NCBI GenBank assembly: GCA_965247215.1
Contig: OZ252001.1
Coordinates: 1,221,980-1,285,979, forward strand
Length of the DNA: 64,000 nucleotides
Source: Flavobacteriaceae bacterium
GTDB taxonomy: Bacteria > Bacteroidota > Bacteroidia > Flavobacteriales > Flavobacteriaceae
Reading direction: 5' to 3'
Positions within the stretch are counted from its first letter, which is position 1; each line of letters opens with the position of its first letter. Both the position numbers and the translations under genes were made by a program. Under the pieces are notes generated by a model that was not told the DNA's origin, did no database searches, and saw only the letters and a program-made list of their open reading frames with translations. This document shows positions 1-8,531 of this stretch, piece by piece.

Positions 1-17
1 AAACAATACCTTTATCT

Positions 18-458
18 ATGAAGATAAAATTAGCAAGCCCAGATCATTTAGAGCAACTTGTACAATTATTTAATGATTATAGAATCTTTTATAAACAAGA
101 CCCAGATAAAAAAGCTGCCAAAAGATTTCTAATGGATCGTTTTCTGAATAAAGATTCTGTTTTAATTATGGCTTTTAATGAACAGGATATTGCATTGGGG
201 TTTATGCAACTCTACCCAATTTTTTCTTCAGTATCGATGCAAAGGTCTTATATTCTTAACGACCTTTATGTTGATTCAACTCAAAGAGGTAATGGGATAG
301 GTGAAGCCCTAATGACTTTTGCAAAACAATTTGCAATAACTAATCAAAGTAAAGGGTTAACACTAGAGACTGCAATTAACAACCCCGCCCAAAAACTATA
401 TGAACGGCTTGGTTGGAAAAAAGATACCGATGTTTTACATTACACTTGGGAAGTTTAA
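18..458 (+). CDS. GNAT family N-acetyltransferase
   Basis: 146 aa; acetyl-CoA-binding motif QRGNGIGEAL typical of GNAT fold. Confidence 0.8.
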   Translation: MKIKLASPDHLEQLVQLFNDYRIFYKQDPDKKAAKRFLMDRFLNKDSVLIMAFNEQDIALGFMQLYPIFSSVSMQRSYILNDLYVDSTQRGNGIGEALMTFAKQFAITNQSKGLTLETAINNPAQKLYERLGWKKDTDVLHYTWEV

Positions 459-476
459 ATTTTAGATTACATAATC

Positions 477-1151
477 ATGAGAATAGATATTATAACTGTA
501 CTACCCGAATTACTTAAAAGTCCATTTGAGGCATCTATTCTAAAACGCGCAATTGAAAAGAAATTAGTCTCTGTTCATTTTCATAATCTCAGGGACTATT
601 CAACCAATTCTTATAAACAAATAGACGATTATCAGTTTGGAGGAGGTGCAGGTATGGTATTGATGATTGAACCTATTGATAAATGTATTTCAAAATTGAA
701 ATCAGAACGTGATTACGATGAAATTATTTATTTAACTCCAGATGGAACCACTTTTTCACAAGGAATTGCTAATCAACTGTCTTTAAAAAAAAATATCACT
801 CTTCTTTGTGGACATTATAAAGGAGTAGACCAACGCGTTAGGGAGCAATTTATAACAATGGAACTATCGGTTGGTGATTATGTGCTAAGTGGAGGTGAAT
901 TGGCTGCAGCTATTGTTAGTGATGCTGTGATTCGTTTATTGCCAGGAGTTTTAGGAAATGAAACTAGTGCTTTGACAGATTCATTTCAAAATGATTTATT
1001 AGCGCCTCCTATTTATACGCGTCCAGCAGATTATAAAGGCTGGAAAGTTCCTGAAATATTATTAAGCGGTCATTTAAAAAAAATAGAAGAATGGCGTGAA
1101 GAGGATGCTACAAAAAGAACTGAAGAAAAAAGACCCGATTTATTGAAATAA
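477..1151 (+). CDS. trmD: tRNA (guanine37-N1)-methyltransferase TrmD
   Basis: 224 aa; [11 protein letters not shown]... and GGGAGMV motifs typical of TrmD; conserved neighbourhood with rplS. Confidence 0.95.
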   Translation: MRIDIITVLPELLKSPFEASILKRAIEKKLVSVHFHNLRDYSTNSYKQIDDYQFGGGAGMVLMIEPIDKCISKLKSERDYDEIIYLTPDGTTFSQGIANQLSLKKNITLLCGHYKGVDQRVREQFITMELSVGDYVLSGGELAAAIVSDAVIRLLPGVLGNETSALTDSFQNDLLAPPIYTRPADYKGWKVPEILLSGHLKKIEEWREEDATKRTEEKRPDLLK

Positions 1152-1172
1152 CTATTTCAGATTAATACGTAT

Positions 1173-2105
1173 ATGAAATCTGACAATAATTTAAAGAAAA
1201 TAGAAACTTTTAAAGTCCCTGTATTAAAAGACCGTGTTCGTTTATCAGATTTTGCTCCAGATATATTTAAAACAATTTCTTTAAAAATGGGAATCAAGAA
1301 AGCCATCAAAAAAGGATATGTTTTTATTAACGGCACAATTGGATATACTTCAGATTATATAGTAAGAGGTGAAATTATAGAATTATTTCAACCCCTAATC
1401 ATCAAAAGTAAACCTACGATAAACCTTCCCATACAAGTTGTTTATGAAGACGACTATCTTGCTATTGTCAATAAACCTCCAGGGATTCTAGTCAGCGGGA
1501 ATAAAAAAATCACTCTTGAAAATGCCCTGTCAACTATTTTATTAACGAGCACACAACCAGATGCTTTAGCTAGACCTGAACCTATACATAGATTAGATTA
1601 CCCAACAAGTGGTGCATTATTGATCGGTAAAACCTCAAAAGCTACTAGCTCACTTAATAAGATGTTTGAAGAACGAAAAATTAAAAAATCATATCATGCT
1701 ATTACTATTGGAGCAATAAAATATACTGGCACTATTGATTTACCGATTGATGAAAAACCTTCTAAATCTGAATTTAAAACAATTAAAAGATTGAGTTCAA
1801 GAAAATACGAATCCTTAAATTTAGTAGAGTTGATCCCTCATACAGGAAGAACTCACCAACTTAGAATTCATATGGCAAGTATTGAGAATCCAATTTTAGG
1901 GGATTTAAAATATGGCAAAGAAGGTTTATTAGGGAAAGGAAATGGGCTTTATTTGCAGGCTTCCTATTTAAGATTTATACACCTTATAAATATTCAATTT
2001 ATTATGGTGATATTGTTAAAATTAGTTATTTTTGCACCCGTCTACCAAAATAAGGTAGCAATTATTTATTTTAACCTCTGGCGAAAATCGTGCATGTTTT
2101 CTTAA
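1173..2105 (+). CDS. RluA-family pseudouridine synthase (3' end uncertain)
   Basis: HRLDYPTSGALLIGKT catalytic-Asp motif and THQLRIH motif; last ~45 aa are a hydrophobic low-complexity tail not typical of the family. Confidence 0.8.
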   Translation: MKSDNNLKKIETFKVPVLKDRVRLSDFAPDIFKTISLKMGIKKAIKKGYVFINGTIGYTSDYIVRGEIIELFQPLIIKSKPTINLPIQVVYEDDYLAIVNKPPGILVSGNKKITLENALSTILLTSTQPDALARPEPIHRLDYPTSGALLIGKTSKATSSLNKMFEERKIKKSYHAITIGAIKYTGTIDLPIDEKPSKSEFKTIKRLSSRKYESLNLVELIPHTGRTHQLRIHMASIENPILGDLKYGKEGLLGKGNGLYLQASYLRFIHLINIQFIMVILLKLVIFAPVYQNKVAIIYFNLWRKSCMFS

Positions 2106-2129
2106 ATCTAACATTAACAAACTATTATA

Positions 2130-2480
2130 ATGGAAGAGTTAGTAAAATTTGTTCAAGACGAATTTGTAACCAAAAATGAATTTCCAAATTTTGGGGCTGG
2201 AGATACAATTACAGTCTACTATGAAATTAGAGAAGGTGAAAAAACCAGAACTCAGTTTTTTAAAGGAGTTGTTATTCAAGTAAAAGGAACAGGGGCTTCT
2301 AAAACTTTTACAATTAGAAAAATGTCTGGAACTGTAGGAGTAGAACGTATATTCCCATTAAACTTGCCTGCACTTCAAAAAATTGAGATCAATAAAAAAG
2401 GAAGTGTACGCAGAAAACGTATTTATTATTTTAGAGGACTTACTGGTAAGAAAGCAAGAATACGAGAAAAAAGAAGTTAA
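2130..2480 (+). CDS. rplS: 50S ribosomal protein L19
   Basis: 116 aa; full-length L19-like sequence (GDTITVYYEIREGEKTRTQFFKGVVI). Confidence 0.95.
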   Translation: MEELVKFVQDEFVTKNEFPNFGAGDTITVYYEIREGEKTRTQFFKGVVIQVKGTGASKTFTIRKMSGTVGVERIFPLNLPALQKIEINKKGSVRRKRIYYFRGLTGKKARIREKRS

Positions 2481-2503
2481 TTTTCTACTTCAAATTTATA
2501 TAA

Positions 2504-2532
2504 AGCGTCCATCTATAGTGGACGCTTTTTTT
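2504..2532 (+). terminator. Rho-independent terminator after rplS
   Basis: GCGTCCA (2504-2510) / TGGACGC (2519-2525) stem followed by T7 run. Confidence 0.7.
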
Positions 2533-2591
2533 ATTAACTATTGTTAATAACCTAGGTTCATATATTGTTGATATCTAATACTTCACAATCC

Positions 2592-2622
2592 TTTGCATTT
2601 AATATTTTCTTTTCTATATTTG
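2592..2622 (+). promoter_or_regulatory. Bacteroidetes sigma-A type promoter (-33 TTTG / -7 TAnnTTTG)
   Basis: TTTG at 2592-2595, 19-nt spacer, TATATTTG at 2615-2622; no ORF downstream. Confidence 0.5.
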
Positions 2623-2627
2623 GTATA

Positions 2628-3268
2628 ACAAAACGAGGTAACAGTAACAATCGTTTTCATTAAAGTAACGTTCTTTAAGCATTTTTTAATCCAGGAGAGT
2701 TCCAAACCAGTTCACCGCAAGGTGTTTTGAGTGAAGAATTTGAATGAAGCGATGATCTAGTTTTAACCCGAGTAATCGGAATTAAAATTAGCCTCGATGA
2801 GTAGAGAGCAATCTCCAAAACTCGAGAGATGAATTTCGGTTTTAGTCGTAAGACTAAATCATTCTAGAGTCCCGATACATTTCGGGAAGGTCAGAAACAG
2901 AAACGAAGTACTTATAGATTTATCACTTTCACCAACGGCTTGCCGGAGGTAAAAAACTTTAAGAAATAGACTTAGGTCATTTTTTTAAAGAGATAGAGAA
3001 CTAAAGTAAGGATACGAGAAGTTTTATAAGCTTTAAGATACTAATAATCTTTATAGAGGACTTAGTGTTGAGATTAAAAAAGAGTAGTGTTTTACTAAAT
3101 TTTGTAAGCTTCTAGCCTCAAAATTAAGCAAGACAATACTCATTGAAGCAGATCACAACTGTAGGGGTTTAATAAACCTGCTTTAAATTGTAATGATTAG
3201 TTGGCAACGGTTTGTTTCACAAGGAGCCATATCAAGGTAGCAATACACTGATATGGCTTTTCTTGTTT
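2628..3268 (+). ncRNA. candidate ~640-nt structured non-coding RNA of unknown class
   Basis: ORF-free in all frames; flanked by promoter (2592-2622) and hairpin+U-tract (3224-3268); contains several GNRA/CUUG tetraloop hairpins (see findings). Confidence 0.4.
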
Positions 3269-3400
3269 ATAGAAGTTGAATTTTAACGGTAAATATCTTT
3301 TCTTAAAAGCTCCTCCACTTTTTTAAGCCTGACCAAATACGTATATTTACACTTCCGAAAAACGATTTTTTCTTTAATCATCCTTACAAAAATTTCCTTA

Positions 3401-5626
3401 ATGACTAAATCTGCAACTATTATATATACCAAAACAGATGAAGCTCCTGCTTTGGCAACATACTCATTTTTACCAATTATAAAAGCTTTTGTATCACCAT
3501 CAAATATTGATATCCAAATACGTGATATTTCTTTAGCAAATAGAATTCTAGCTGCGTTTCCAGAATTTTTAAATAAAGAACAACAGGTATCCGATGATCT
3601 AACTGAGTTAGGTGCTTTAGTGAAAAAGCCAGAAGCAAATATTATAAAACTGCCCAATATAAGTGCCTCAATTCCCCAACTATCTGCAGCTATTAATGAA
3701 CTTCAATCAAAAGGATTTGCCCTTCCAAATTATCCGGACAATCCAAAATCAAAGGAAGAAAAAGAAATCCAAATAAAATATAACAAAATTAAAGGAAGTG
3801 CTGTAAATCCAGTACTTCGAGAAGGAAATAGTGATAGACGAGCACCAAAGGCAGTAAAAAATTATGCAAAGAAAAATCCTCATTCAATGGGTGCTTGGAG
3901 TGTAGATTCAAAGACACATGTTGCAACGATGGCAAAAGGAGATTTTAGGCATACTGAAAAATCATTGACACTATCACATGCAGATAAAGGTTCAATAATT
4001 TTTATCGATTCAAATGGAAATAAAACCACTTTAAAAGAAACAATTTCTCTTTTAAAAGGTGAAATTATTGATGCATCCGTTTTAAATAAAAAGGAATTAC
4101 TTTCATTTCTAGAAATTCAAATAAAAGATGCCAAAGAAAAAGATGTGCTTTTTTCATTACATATGAAAGCAACGATGATGAAAGTAAGTGATCCTATTAT
4201 ATTTGGGCATGCGGTTCGTGTATATTTTAAGGATCTATTTTTAAAATATGGCGATACATTCAATGAAATAGGAGTTGATGTTAATAATGGATTCGGAGAT
4301 CTAATCAATAATCTGGACAAATTACCCTCAGAAAAAAGAACAGAAATTCTTGAAGAAATTAAAATAATCTTCAACCAAGGTGCTGGGGTAGCCATGGTGA
4401 ATTCTGATAAAGGAATCACGAATTTACATGTGCCTAGTGATGTAATTATTGATGCCTCGATGCCTGCAATGATAAGGACTTCAGGAAAAATGTGGGATGA
4501 AAATGGTGAATTGAAAGATACAAAGGCAGTAATTCCGGATAGTAGCTATGCAGGAATATATAAGGCAACTATCAATTTCAGTAAAAAAAATGGAGCCTTT
4601 GATCCTACAACAATGGGTACCGTTTCTAATGTGGGGCTTATGGCTCAAAAAGCAGAAGAATATGGATCTCATGATAAAACATTTGAGATTTCAGGAGAAG
4701 GAATAGTTCAGGTTATTGATTCAAACAATAACATTCTTTTAGAACATAATGTTGAGGAAGGAGATCTTTGGAGAATGTGTCAGGTAAAAGATGAGCCCAT
4801 ACAAGACTGGATCAAACTTGCTGTTAGCAGAGCACTAACAACTGGAACTTCAACTGTTTTTTGGCTGGATAAAAACAGAGCTCACGATGCTGAGCTAATA
4901 AAAAAAGTGAATACATATTTACCTAATTATAAAGTTGATGAATTGCATATTCAAATACTTTCACCAGAAGAGGCAACCTTATTTTCTTTAGAACGAATTA
5001 AAAATGGGTTGGACACAATTTCGGTAACAGGAAATGTATTACGAGATTATTTAACAGACCTCTTTCCTGTTCTGGAATTAGGTACAAGTGCAAAAATGCT
5101 GTCAATAGTTCCTTTAATGAATGGAGGTGGTTTATTTGAAACAGGTGCTGGTGGATCTGCGCCAAAACATGTACAACAATTTATTGCTGAAGGGCATTTA
5201 CGCTGGGATTCTTTAGGTGAATTTTTAGCACTGGCTGTTTCTCTTGATCATTTAGGGGTCACTAATAATAATCCACAGGCAATTTTATTATCTGAAACAT
5301 TGGATGAAGCAACTGAAAAATTATTATCAAACAATAAAGGTCCCTCTCGAAAAGTAAATGAATTGGACAATCGCGGGAGTCATTTTTATTTAGCCATGTA
5401 CTGGGCAGAAGCCTTAGCGTCACAAAATAAAGATAGAATTGTTAAAGATATATTCACTAGGGTATCAAACAAATTATCTGAAAATGAATCTAAAATAATC
5501 AATGAACTTAATTCTGTTCAAGGAAGTCCAGTTGAAATGCAGGGTTATTATAAGGTTAATGAAACTATTATTTCACAGCAAATGAGACCTAGTACTACAT
5601 TTAATTCTATACTTTCAGAAATTTAA
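3401..5626 (+). CDS. icd: monomeric NADP-dependent isocitrate dehydrogenase
   Basis: 741 aa, size and N-terminus ([21 protein letters not shown]) typical of monomeric IDH. Confidence 0.95.
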   Translation: MTKSATIIYTKTDEAPALATYSFLPIIKAFVSPSNIDIQIRDISLANRILAAFPEFLNKEQQVSDDLTELGALVKKPEANIIKLPNISASIPQLSAAINELQSKGFALPNYPDNPKSKEEKEIQIKYNKIKGSAVNPVLREGNSDRRAPKAVKNYAKKNPHSMGAWSVDSKTHVATMAKGDFRHTEKSLTLSHADKGSIIFIDSNGNKTTLKETISLLKGEIIDASVLNKKELLSFLEIQIKDAKEKDVLFSLHMKATMMKVSDPIIFGHAVRVYFKDLFLKYGDTFNEIGVDVNNGFGDLINNLDKLPSEKRTEILEEIKIIFNQGAGVAMVNSDKGITNLHVPSDVIIDASMPAMIRTSGKMWDENGELKDTKAVIPDSSYAGIYKATINFSKKNGAFDPTTMGTVSNVGLMAQKAEEYGSHDKTFEISGEGIVQVIDSNNNILLEHNVEEGDLWRMCQVKDEPIQDWIKLAVSRALTTGTSTVFWLDKNRAHDAELIKKVNTYLPNYKVDELHIQILSPEEATLFSLERIKNGLDTISVTGNVLRDYLTDLFPVLELGTSAKMLSIVPLMNGGGLFETGAGGSAPKHVQQFIAEGHLRWDSLGEFLALAVSLDHLGVTNNNPQAILLSETLDEATEKLLSNNKGPSRKVNELDNRGSHFYLAMYWAEALASQNKDRIVKDIFTRVSNKLSENESKIINELNSVQGSPVEMQGYYKVNETIISQQMRPSTTFNSILSEI

Positions 5627-5669
5627 AAATAAAACTTTAAGTTTACTGAAAGTTTTATTTCTATTTTTT
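5627..5669 (+). terminator. Rho-independent terminator after icd
   Basis: 12-bp AT-rich stem AAATAAAACTTT (5627-5638) / AAAGTTTTATTT (5649-5660) followed by T-rich tract. Confidence 0.6.
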
Positions 5670-5700
5670 AATTTTAATCTAAGTATTGTAAATTTGTGTC

Positions 5701-6528
5701 ATGAGTTTTAAAAAAACTACAGAAGCTGAATCATATTATAATGACTTAGAGAAAATGACTATTTCTGACTTGTTAAATAATATCAATTCAGAAGATAAGT
5801 CGGTAGCTTTCGCAGTTGAAAAAGTGATTCCAGAGATAGAAAAATTAACTCAGAAAGTAGTTGAAAAACTAAAAAACGGTGGCAGGTTATTTTATATTGG
5901 ATCAGGTACAAGTGGTCGATTAGGAATTGTAGATGCCAGTGAATGTCCTCCAACCTTCGGTGTTCCAAATAATTTAGTAATTGGCATCATTGCTGGTGGG
6001 GATACTGCTATCAGAAAAGCAATTGAATTTGCTGAAGATTCTGAAACTCAAGGTTGGATAGATATACAGAAATATACTATTTCTTCTCAAGATATTGTTA
6101 TTGGTATTGCTGCGTCAGGAACGACTCCCTATGTTATCGGTGTACTACAAAAATGCAATGAAAATAATATTGAAACAGGTTGTATCACTTGCAATCTTGG
6201 AAGTCCGTTAACAAAAGTTGCAATGAACCCTATTACCGTTATTGTGGGTCCTGAGATTGTTACTGGGAGTTCAAGAATGAAAGCTGGAACCGCTCAAAAA
6301 TTAATTTTAAATATGATTTCAACAACAACCATGATTAAATTAGGAAAAGTTAGAGGGAATAAAATGGTTGATATGCAGCTAAGTAACAACAAATTAGTAG
6401 ACAGAGGCACAAAAATGATTATGGATGAACTAAATATTTCTACTGAAAAAGCAAATCAACTTCTCAATAAATACAAAAATGTTAGAGAGGCAATAAATTC
6501 ATATCGTAATGACTCAGAAACACACTAA
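5701..6528 (+). CDS. murQ: N-acetylmuramic acid 6-phosphate etherase
   Basis: 275 aa SIS-domain protein; GSGTSGRLGIVDASECPPTFG motif. Confidence 0.9.
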   Translation: MSFKKTTEAESYYNDLEKMTISDLLNNINSEDKSVAFAVEKVIPEIEKLTQKVVEKLKNGGRLFYIGSGTSGRLGIVDASECPPTFGVPNNLVIGIIAGGDTAIRKAIEFAEDSETQGWIDIQKYTISSQDIVIGIAASGTTPYVIGVLQKCNENNIETGCITCNLGSPLTKVAMNPITVIVGPEIVTGSSRMKAGTAQKLILNMISTTTMIKLGKVRGNKMVDMQLSNNKLVDRGTKMIMDELNISTEKANQLLNKYKNVREAINSYRNDSETH

Positions 6529-6736
6529 CAAAGAATTACTAGTAAAAGGAATAAAATATTTGGCAGTTACATTACCATTATTATTTTTATGTCCTTACCT
6601 ACTTACTTTATCATTTTTAAATAAAGATAATAATTCTTTCTACCTCTTTTTTGTGTTGGGTATTATAGCATTTGTTGTTGTAATATATTTTTTCTACAAG
6701 GGAATAAAAACGGTATTGGATTCAATTTTTAAGTAA
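6509..6736 (+). CDS. small two-TM membrane protein, unknown function
   Basis: 75 aa, two hydrophobic segments; overlaps murQ stop by 20 nt. Confidence 0.5.
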   Translation: MTQKHTNKELLVKGIKYLAVTLPLLFLCPYLLTLSFLNKDNNSFYLFFVLGIIAFVVVIYFFYKGIKTVLDSIFK

Positions 6737-6979
6737 TAATAAAGGTGTTTTTATCATTATATTTATCTTAATTGTTCTGTAAAATACTCAATATCTTTAG
6801 AGTATAAGATGATTAAAGAAAGGAAATACAAAGTCTAAGGTTTTTATTTCTTCTGTTCTATGTTTTATTATGTAAAACCTTCATAACCAAGGCAGAAAAA
6901 GTATTGATGGTAATATGTTACTTGAACCAAAAATTGGAAATATAAACAGTAACTATTTTAAAAAATAAAATGATATTAA

Positions 6980-7438
6980 AAAATTGAGAATCATGGAAAA
7001 TGGATTGCTAATACAAATTATAAGGACACAATCTCAGATATTAACTGGAAACAAGCAACAAAAAAAATAGGGGCTTTAAACTCAATTTCCATGCTTACAC
7101 AACATGTTAATTATTATATTTCAGGGGTTTTGAATGTTTTTGATGGTGGGACACTTGATATTAGAGATAAATTAAGTTTTGACTTTCCTGCCATTAAATA
7201 AAAAGAAGATTGGAATGATATTTTAAATAAACTATTTAAAAATTCAGAAATTTTTGCTGAACATATTGAAAAAATGTCTGATGAACAATTAAAGTTTCCT
7301 TTTGTAAATAAAAAATATGGAAATTACCGTAGAAATATTGAAAAAAAACTTACAGTCGATAGGACTATTGAAAAGATAAAAAGAAAATCAGTGTACGCTA
7401 TTTTAAGGCTAGTTTCTTTGAAAAATGAAATGGTATAA
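6980..7438 (+). pseudogene. DinB/DUF1572-like gene remnant with in-frame TAA
   Basis: Single frame reads ...NSISMLTQHVNYYISGVLNVFDGGTLDIRDKLSFDFPAIK*KEDWNDIL...KYGNYRRNIE; in-frame stop at 7199-7201; no start codon; C-terminal His motif region not recognisable. Confidence 0.5.
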
Positions 7439-7670
7439 ATCAGTAACAGTATGGTTGTTATTAATAATGTCAAACAAATTTTTGTACTCCTAATTTTAAA
7501 GAAATCTATAAAAAGAGTATTTTTATTGAACTGATTTTCAATAGAATTTAAGTACGGTCAACTAATTTTTGATTTGACTTTCCCGAAGACCATAACCATC
7601 AAAAAAGATTGAAAAAAAATTTTATTCAAAACATGCAATGGGCTTATGTCCATTGTTCGGAATTTTTTTT

Positions 7671-7748
7671 GTCCGCTACGACGGACGAAATGGAGAAGCA
7701 AGAGGGTAACGTGCTAACGCAGCGTTACGTATTCATTTTGCTTCGCAA
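7671..7748. promoter_or_regulatory. cluster of three hairpins, possible oriT / regulatory RNA upstream of mobilization gene
   Basis: GTCCG/CGGAC (7671-7686); GTAACG..CGTTAC extended stem (7707-7729); TTTGC-TTC-GCAAA (7736-7748); locally GC-richer than flanks. Confidence 0.25.
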
Positions 7749-7875
7749 AGCCCCTATTTATAAGGGTTTCGGTTTTTTTGAAGTTTTAAAATGATAAAAT
7801 AAATTCTCACAAAACCTTTGAAAAACTCTGAAAACACTGATAAAAATTGTCACAATTTAATAGCATCGAACTCTT

Positions 7876-8426
7876 ATGGATGATTTTAAAACAGTACGGT
7901 TAAAAAAGAAAACCCTGCTAAGGTTCAAAAGTTTTTCAAGGAAGGTTAGTAATAGCTTTCTAAAACTTTGGATATGGTCATGAACTTTTTCGAGTGGCAC
8001 GGCTTTTTACCTTCTGACCGATTTGAGAGGAGTATCATTCAGGAAATCATCAAAAACCGAAAACGTACCGAAGCTTCTATAGCTATTATCAAGGATATCG
8101 AAAAAAACCAGACCAAACCAACAACAGCTATGTTGCAATCCCTTTTTGAACAGCCTACGGAAGACGAGGAAGATGATGAGAGTTTTGAATTCGTTGAACG
8201 CAAGTTTTCAGGGGACAGTCCACAGGAAGAGTGGTTCGGGGAAACTACCATACCCAAAATCCGCTATGAGCGTTTGGAAGATGAAATGGGTTTGATAAAA
8301 GAAGATTTCACCTATGTGTTGGATAATGTCAAAGTTGTAAAAAGCAGTTTCAGCAAGAATCATTTAAGACTGGAACTCTCTGAAGATGAACTTATAAAAT
8401 TTAGAAGAATTATAGAAAATATATAG
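7876..8426 (+). pseudogene. BfmA/BtgA-like mobilization protein, frameshifted near 7953-7960
   Basis: ATG 7876 frame gives MDDFKTVRLKKKTLLRFKSFSRKVSNSF then stops at 7980; continuation ..SKTLDMVMNFFEWHGF..IAIIKDIEKNQTKPTTAMLQSLFE is in another frame (track ORF 7968..8426). Confidence 0.45.
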
Positions 8427-8531
8427 CCATGTACGTTGTCATTACAAAACAGAATCAATGACATAACTATAAGGGAAGTGTCAGGGATTTTGTCAATTAT
8501 CTTGCTTTACTTTTTTTATCTGAAATACTTT

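Noticed and set aside
1990-2105. Hydrophobic C-terminal tail of the RluA-like ORF as a possible membrane anchor or a fused gene
   Set aside because: The RluA core ends around ..LRFIH. The tail (LINIQFIMVILLKLVIFAPVYQNK...) runs through AT-rich sequence directly upstream of rplS that probably holds the rplS promoter and leader. It is more likely read-through after loss or shift of the native stop than a functional domain. This cannot be resolved without alignment.
3224-3259. Hairpin resembling group II intron domain V (GAGCC... AGC near the 5' end, 3'-side bulge, GCAA tetraloop)
   Set aside because: There is no GUGYG 5' end, no convincing domain VI with a bulged A downstream and no RT ORF. 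The lower stem is 11 bp and the interior is a 2x2 loop or 1-nt bulge rather than the canonical 2-nt bulge. The hairpin is followed by a U-tract, so a terminator is the simpler reading. It is kept only as part of the ncRNA candidate.
3283-3657. 124-aa minus-strand ORF overlapping the icd start
   Set aside because: It is antisense to a highly conserved gene, has no recognisable motifs and has an odd composition. It is probably a chance ORF.
7609-7794. 61-aa plus-strand ORF upstream of the mobilization gene
   Set aside because: It spans the three-hairpin cluster, has no family resemblance and starts with a non-ATG codon. The region is better explained as non-coding (oriT-like or regulatory).
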